DNA of 57,705 bases, the filler included, from Sphacelaria rigidula (lineage: Eukaryota), in NCBI GenBank assembly GCA_964200075.2. It is 6 parts of 6 records of this genome, joined end to end, with 100 filler letters (N's around TTAATTAATTAA, not from the genome) between each part and the next. Parts side by side here need not be neighbours in the genome. Positions count along the whole stretch, not along the records: positions 48,173 to 57,705 come from CAXNAA020008278.1; 5 more parts are not named here. One strand, 5' to 3'. Shown here one piece after another: positions 51,330 to 57,705 of this stretch. Both the position numbers and the translations under genes were made by a program. The notes below the pieces were generated by a model that saw only the letters and a list, made by a program, of their open reading frames with translations, did not search any database and was not told the DNA's origin. The stretch's first letter is position 1. Each line of letters opens with the position of its first letter.

Positions 51330-51815
51330 GCTACATGCTTTTGCCGAATCTTGTGAACGATGTGATCGATTTAAATATGTTTTCGCGCTGTATTTCGTGG
51401 TGCCTCGCCTCATGCACAAGGTCATTGCCGTCCTTTTCAATATTGTAAACCACAACAAAACAACGAAAATAACAAACAGTAGTGGGCGCAAGAAAATGTG
51501 ATTCATCCACTTGTTTTCTTGGCTGGATACATGTTTATGCCGAATAATGTGGACGATGTGATCGATCCCAACATATTTTTGCGCTGTCCCGTCGTACCTC
51601 GCCTCGCACGTTGGGTTGTTGTCCTTTTCATCATTGTAAATCACCGCAAAAACAAGGGAAACAACAGTAATGGGCACAAGAGAAGGCAAATAAATTTGTT
51701 TTCTCGGCTGGATACCATGTTTTTGCCGAATCTTGTAAACGAGGTTGATCGATTTCAACATGGTTTTCTGCACTGTCCCATGGTACCTCGCACGTCGGAC
51801 TATTGTCGTCCTTTT
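51330..51815. repeat. Diverged tandem repeat, about 190-bp unit, about 2.6 copies
   Basis: TACATG.TT.TGCCGAAT..TGT..ACGA.GT.ATCGAT...GTACCTCGC recurs near 51333, 51528 and 51713. Confidence 0.8.
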
Positions 51816-53369
51816 GTTTCCAACGAGAAAAGGTGACAAAAGAAGCTATTTACAAGATTTTTCGAAGAGGACGATAAAATAGTAGTTTCGTAGTTTTGCT
51901 AGTAGTCAAAAACAGATGTTCTTAACCCTTTTCGAACCCACTGACGATTCTTGTGTTCGTGAGTCATCATTTTGACTTGAAAATGAATGAAAGTGATGCC
52001 GATTCACGAAAACAAAATCGTCAATGGGTTCCAAATGGGTTAATCCGACTCCAACCCCCCACCTGAAAAACGTTGGAATCCCGGTGATCACGACACGGGC
52101 ACACACCGGTTACAGCTACGCAACACGAAGTCACGTGGACCATCCCCAGTTCTTTCCCTCCCTGTTCTTGAGGTATCAGGCTGCCGATTCTCTGGCCGTA
52201 CCCGGGATCGACGACTCCCGGCCCTGCCCGCCCCGATACCTATCCTCGGTCGTGGATGATCGTGTAAACTCTTGAACTCGCCTTCCTGGATACAGTGGCC
52301 GCACATCTGGCACATGTGCGGTCGGTTCCTCCTGGGCCCCTTATATTTTGGCTCCGATTAGCATCTCTAGCAGTGACGCTTTTTTCGAGTTCTGGTGTCT
52401 CCTGGGTTCATCGAGTATGCGTGTAAATAATCAAATTTCCGTTTTTCACCGTGAGAGTGTCAGACACCATCACAACTCCGTGTATTTCCCATTACGCTCA
52501 TACTTTGAGGCACTGGCAGCTTGGGTCGAATATCGAACTTCGCACTCGTCGAAGGTCAACGGCGATGGAAAAATATTGCACTATCTCATCAAGCTTTCAT
52601 AAACAAAAAAAACGTCCCAGGGTGACGTGGAGCTGAAGGGCTTTGTGAAGTGTACTGTTTTCAGACTAAGGTGGATTCCCCCTACTTACCCATATATACA
52701 TGGGTGGTGCACTCGCTGAGATATTCATCACTTGTGACACACAGACGGTGCAGTTGGGATTGTTTTCATATATATATTTGTATGGGACACAATCGGAACA
52801 GAAACAAGTGCACTGCCTGTGTATATATTTTGTATGTCCAACTGCACCGTCTGTGGGTCACGGACGACTTATTTTTTCATTATTTTCGTATACATTTTAA
52901 TATGGGACATTCGTAACAGAAAAGTGTACCACCAATGTATACATGTATTGACCTTTGGGGGAGGATGGGGGGGGCTAGTTGAAAAAGACCGTCTTGCAAT
53001 TGGAACATGACTATACTCATGTACGGTAGTGTGTGTACGTTCTGGGGATACCCTGCCTATGTTTGGAGTCATGGCTCCATTTGTTTGTCTAAATAAGATG
53101 AGTACGGTAGATAACACCCTGCAAAAATCCTGTGAGCATGGTATGGGGTTGAGTGATTTTCTGACTGACTATTGGTGTCACTGTAGTCGGGAAATACATG
53201 TTGCAATTTTCATCGTCCGACGGTCGTATCTCATGGTCTGTGAGGGCGGGAGAAGAGGAGAATGTGAACCTTGTACGTCTAGGAAATGTCTTCTTGGGTG
53301 CCTTTTTTGATTTCCCATTTTGTTTTTGTATTCGCCTTCCTTCTTTCCTCGCCTTATCAATGTTCGCAG

Positions 53370-56322
53370 CGTGGACAAGAGGGTGTCTCAGATCCTCAAC
53401 GGTCACACGGGAACGTTTGCAACCATCAAAATCCCCGGGAGGGTCGAGCCCGCGCAGGTGAGATGGGTGTAAATGATTCTGAAGTATTTCTGCTGTATTT
53501 ACCTTGATCCGTACTTTGCTGCACCTGCTGGGTTTTAAGTGATGCATATGAAGCCAGCTAGGGCAGGATGTCGAGGGTCGGAATCGCATCATATAGGATG
53601 TGAGGACTTGAGTAGCATGCAGAAGTCGAGGAGAGTCGACCGTGTGCAAGATGAGTACAAGTAGTGCTGGTCCAGTCCGCGATACGAGAATGTTGAGTAC
53701 TTTCTGTGACGGGTGAATGTGAATTGTTGCATTGGTTAATCGATCTCATAGTGCGGTGGGCTCGTCTCGAGGAATGGGTACAAGCCGTGTTGGGTACATG
53801 CATGCGCGTACACTGACTGTCGAAATTTATCTCGCTCTTCGGCGCGCGTGGAACAGACAATGACTTGGTGAAAAAGCGATTCGTGTTTAGGAAACGAGGT
53901 CGTGAAACAATCAGACTGAGACTTCTGGAAAAATAAGATGTGTCCAGCTCCAGCGACCATCGCTTTACTAATCAAGGTTGAATGCAGTGGGCCGTGATCA
54001 ATCTTCGCACCTATGCGGCATCAGATGAAAAAAACTCGGGCTGAGCCTGGTTTTCATTTTTCATTACCTTCACTTTTCATTTGTTCTTCATAACATTTCA
54101 GGTCCTGTGCTTCGAGGAGAAGAAGCTGGATTCACCCGCAAAGCTGTATGTTATGGAGGTGGGGCGAGACAAAGACGCTCCTGGAGGCGTGTTTCGACTT
54201 GCGCCCCAGCAGATCCCCAATGCCGTGGATGCGCCCAACGACTTCCCTGTCGCCATGCAGGTTAGCATCGAATGAAAAGTTCACATCCCCCATTCCCTTA
54301 CCGGGGGGGGGGCAGGGGTAATGGGTCTTTAACAGAGCATGTTCTCTGTATCTTTAATCATCAACAACAAAGCATTCAATCCTCCATTTTCTTCTTGTTC
54401 GGTGGTGACTTTCGTATACATATATTTTCTCATGTGTATGGCAAGAAATACTCCGCTTCGTTTACAACAGGCGTTGGCTTGTTCATGTATCCTGACGTCC
54501 ATATGTCGCAATGTATCACTGGTTAATCGCAGTCAAGATCCAGATCCCAGACCCTTGGCCATATGGTTGAAACTGTGTAGTATTGTAGATCGAATATGTC
54601 GTATTCCATTCTGGCACGATTTTCCATCATTTCGTTCTCGTATAACTGTCTGACCGGTTTGGATGCTGACTAAGGGATGGACTCACGACTGATGCCATGA
54701 CAGTGCCTTCCCCAGGAAAGTGATTGGTTTCAGGAGACAACATCTACGTCAATCATGGGGACAAAAATTGAGCACACCGAGCAGTTCGGAATTCACACGC
54801 TTGGGATCGTTTTCGCTAATGTCGCGCTTACGAGGCGCTTCATGCGAGTCTGAAACCAGCTATTATGTGCTGTGTGGCCGTTTTCTTCGTTACAGCTTTG
54901 GGGCTGGTTTGGAGGAGGTCTATCGCGGCATCACTCCACCACACTTTTTTCCATTACTCTGACCAGGAGTGCAGGCCGTGTCTAACCAAATTTGTTGTCG
55001 ACTCGGAAACAAACGTACGGTGGAATCGAATTTTCTCGTACCTTATACGTCCACGGCATACATGTTCTCAACCATCAGAGAATATAAGTAGAGTTGACGA
55101 ATCAGAAACGAGCAAATTTGATCCGACCGCACGTTTTCAACACAAAAACAATTTGATAGACATGGCCTAAGTAGTTGATTTCGTCGAGGGGGGGGGGGGG
55201 GGGGGGCGCCCGCTTTTTTTTTTTTTGGTTCGGGCTCCGCGCAGGGGGGGGGGGGCTTCTCTTTTTTGTATTGCTTCTCCCTCNNNNNNNNNNGGGGGTG
55301 GGGTGGGGGGTGGGGGGGGGGGGGGGGTGGGGGGGGGGCGGGGGGGGGGCGTACTCATTTGTTGCTTGCCTTGGTCGTTCGACCAGGAAGTGGGTGGACG
55401 CTTTTTCATAGTAGCTTTGGCCCTCTCTCTGGAATACGACACATCCGCGGAAGTGGAACACGTGTTTGATGAAACATGGTTCACCCCGTGTGAACTATGT
55501 GGCCAATAGATGCACTGGACACAATGTTCTGGGTAAAGCTTAGGCCTACTGCAACTATTGACAAAAGTTGGAATGAGCCTATACTTCACCCAGTCCAATT
55601 TTTTTTTGTCTCATGCATATGTTTACCATTTTTTTGTCCAGGGCGTGAAATAGTTCCAACAAAAGACTTCGGTGTTGTGTTTCTTCCTTGGAATCCTGCA
55701 TTTTCTGACCGCAGGCCTTTTTTTCACTCGAGAAGGTAACGCTGAGATTTTGTTGAACTCATGAAGAATGGTGCTGGGATCGCCGTAGGTGTTGGAATTT
55801 TGTCAGGTGTACGTACATGAGCGAACAGTGGCGGCCTCATTGCACCAAAAACGTTGGGTAAAATTTTCGGAACCGTTCCGAGATTCGGCGCGCGTGATGA
55901 AAAAAGTCTTCACTTTGCTGTTGTGGGACTGTGCTTGTTGACCTCTCTCGCGGAGTCCAGCTTTGGCCGACCTCGAGCAAGGGTCAAGTCTATGATTTTT
56001 TTTTGGCGAGTGAAAACGTGAAAACGTCTATTGATTCTTTTTTTTCAGAGAAATGTGGAAAATAAATAAATTAAGCGATTACTTTACGCTGATCCTACCA
56101 CCCGTGCTCCTTCCCATCTTAACTTTTTTTTGTCCACCAAATTTCCGTTGTTTCTGTTTGTGTAATTCTGAATCTTGTGCGATTGAGCAGGTGGGTCCTA
56201 AGCACGACATCATCTTCATGATCACCAAGATGGGCTACCTGTTCCTGTTCGACATCCACTCGGGCAAGGCGTTGTACCGCGCCAAGATCAGCGAGCAGAC
56301 GATCTTCGTCACCACCACTCAG
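53370..56322 (+). CDS. CHC: Clathrin heavy chain, three exons of the N-terminal beta-propeller
   Basis: Exons 53370-53457 (VDKRVSQILNGHTGTFATIKIPGRVEPAQ), 54102-54260 (VLCFEEKK...KLYVMEVG...NDFPVAMQ) and 56191-56322 (VGPKHDIIFMITKMGYLFLFDIHSGKALYRAKISEQTIFVT) join in frame and match the conserved clathrin motif NDFPVAMQ....IF.ITK.GY..L.D...G...Y...IS..TIFVT. Confidence 0.93.
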
Positions 56323-57705
56323 GTACGGACCGCGGCTCAACATTCCGAGGTTGTGGTCTAAAGGGTATGTCGGCTGAAATTCGGGTATTTACAACACAAG
56401 TAGTGTGGAAGAGGTATCCTACGTGTGAATCCCTCTCCGAACCATACCGAAGTGTTGGGAAAGAGCCCGATACCCTGCTGGACCACACCGGAATGTCTGA
56501 TACACACTCTGGTATGGTTTGTAATGGTATGCCGACCAAAAATACCCCTCTTCCGGGTATACCCTACAAAAAACAGCTGTGGAACTTTACACACCTTAGA
56601 CAATGGCGAGAGAGTTTCGGAAAAATCTTTTTTGTCATTTCCGAGTGCAAATATCTCAGGATCGGAGAGCGAAATGAAAAGAACACCACGGGAAAAAAAG
56701 GAGCAAATACGACATCGGACGGAAGGGGAAATAATTTTTGGTTACACTGTGATCACGAGATATTTGTACTCTAAATTGACGAAAAAGAGCTTTCCCGATA
56801 TGTCTAATATGTATTCCGTAATTTCAATGGGCAAGAAATGTACTGCGTAAAGTACATACCTATTGCGACCATTGTCGGCCGAAAAAAGTCGTAATGGACC
56901 TATACTTGAAGCAGTACATTTTTGCCTATCGCAACTATTTATCATATACGGTCGAAGGTGTGGAACTTTCCGGGGCCATGTTTCCCAACTATTTGGGCGT
57001 ATTATGGCACGGTACCGTAATATTCAGGGCGTTTATCGTGGAAAAATCATCCCGTGGCAAATCGCACGGGAGATGGATTCCCGTATCCGTCCCGTCGTGT
57101 TTATGGGGGCGGAATACGGTCACGTCCTGTTCTCGGGCGTTCTGTTGGGGGGGAACAGGGAGCGTGAATTCACCAATCGACCACCGCTCGCAGTCCAGGG
57201 GTCATCACGTACATCTTACAGTAGTCAATCGGGATTTTGTTGTAGCTGATGATTCGTCATGTATACGAAAGCTTTAGAGGCAATAGACGGTAGAAAAAGA
57301 AGCGGGTCGTGCTCAGGACACACTTTCCGATCATTGGGGGGGGGGGGGGTAATTGACCGCACATGACCGACAATCACGTTTTTTCGGCAGTAGGGCAATG
57401 TACGTCGAGAAAAATAAAAAATAAACTCAAGACACAAGATCGTTGGTCACTACGATTCGGATTGGTTTGATCAAGCGAAAATATCACAGAGCGAAGAGGG
57501 AGGGCTGTGCACTTGTAGGACTCCCGAAGACCGGTGAGCCCGTATCTGTTCACAAGTGGCCTTGGACCAGAATTTTTATCCCCGAAGCTCGTGTCGAGTA
57601 CTCACGTCTCTCGATTTGTAATGTTTAGGATCAAACATGAATGGTGATGAGTCGAAGTAACCCAATGCCGGCCCGACAGCCAACCACCACAACCAGCCCC
57701 CAGAG

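Noticed and set aside
53089-53649. 186-aa minus-strand ORF
   Set aside because: Antisense to a clathrin exon and its introns, with no recognisable motifs.

Overview
Eukaryotic, intron-rich and repeat-rich DNA, most likely a brown alga (Phaeophyceae; inferred from the EsV-1-7 gene, short GT-AG exons with long introns and the repeat types). The window is not one locus. It is six contigs of 9535, 9535, 9534, 9534, 9534 and 9533 bp joined by identical 100-bp linkers (N44-TTAATTAATTAA-N44), so adjacency across linkers means nothing. Contig 1 (1-9535): 3' end of a chromodomain-bearing Ty3/Gypsy element, an RTE-like LINE relic, a foldback element and tandem repeats. Contig 2 (9636-19170): exons of a minus-strand coiled-coil gene, a decayed Gypsy pol, and the 5' LTR plus gag of a Gypsy related to that in contig 1. 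Contig 3 (19271-28804): nine exons of an EML-like WD40 gene. Contig 4 (28905-38438): eleven exons of another WD40 gene. Contig 5 (38539-48072): a TIR transposon with an 8-bp TSD, an inverted sister copy, and a gene whose single uninterrupted ORF carries 15 tandem 38-aa EsV-1-7 Cys/His repeats. Contig 6 (48173-57705): three clathrin heavy chain exons and a tRNA-SINE-like head. The best candidate for a novel system is the EsV-1-7 array: near-identical repeats with a hypervariable residue pair at a fixed position, plus NLS-like and SUMO-like motifs, reminiscent of a TALE/PRDM9-like modular recognition code (hypothesis). All calls are by eye; no database searches were run.
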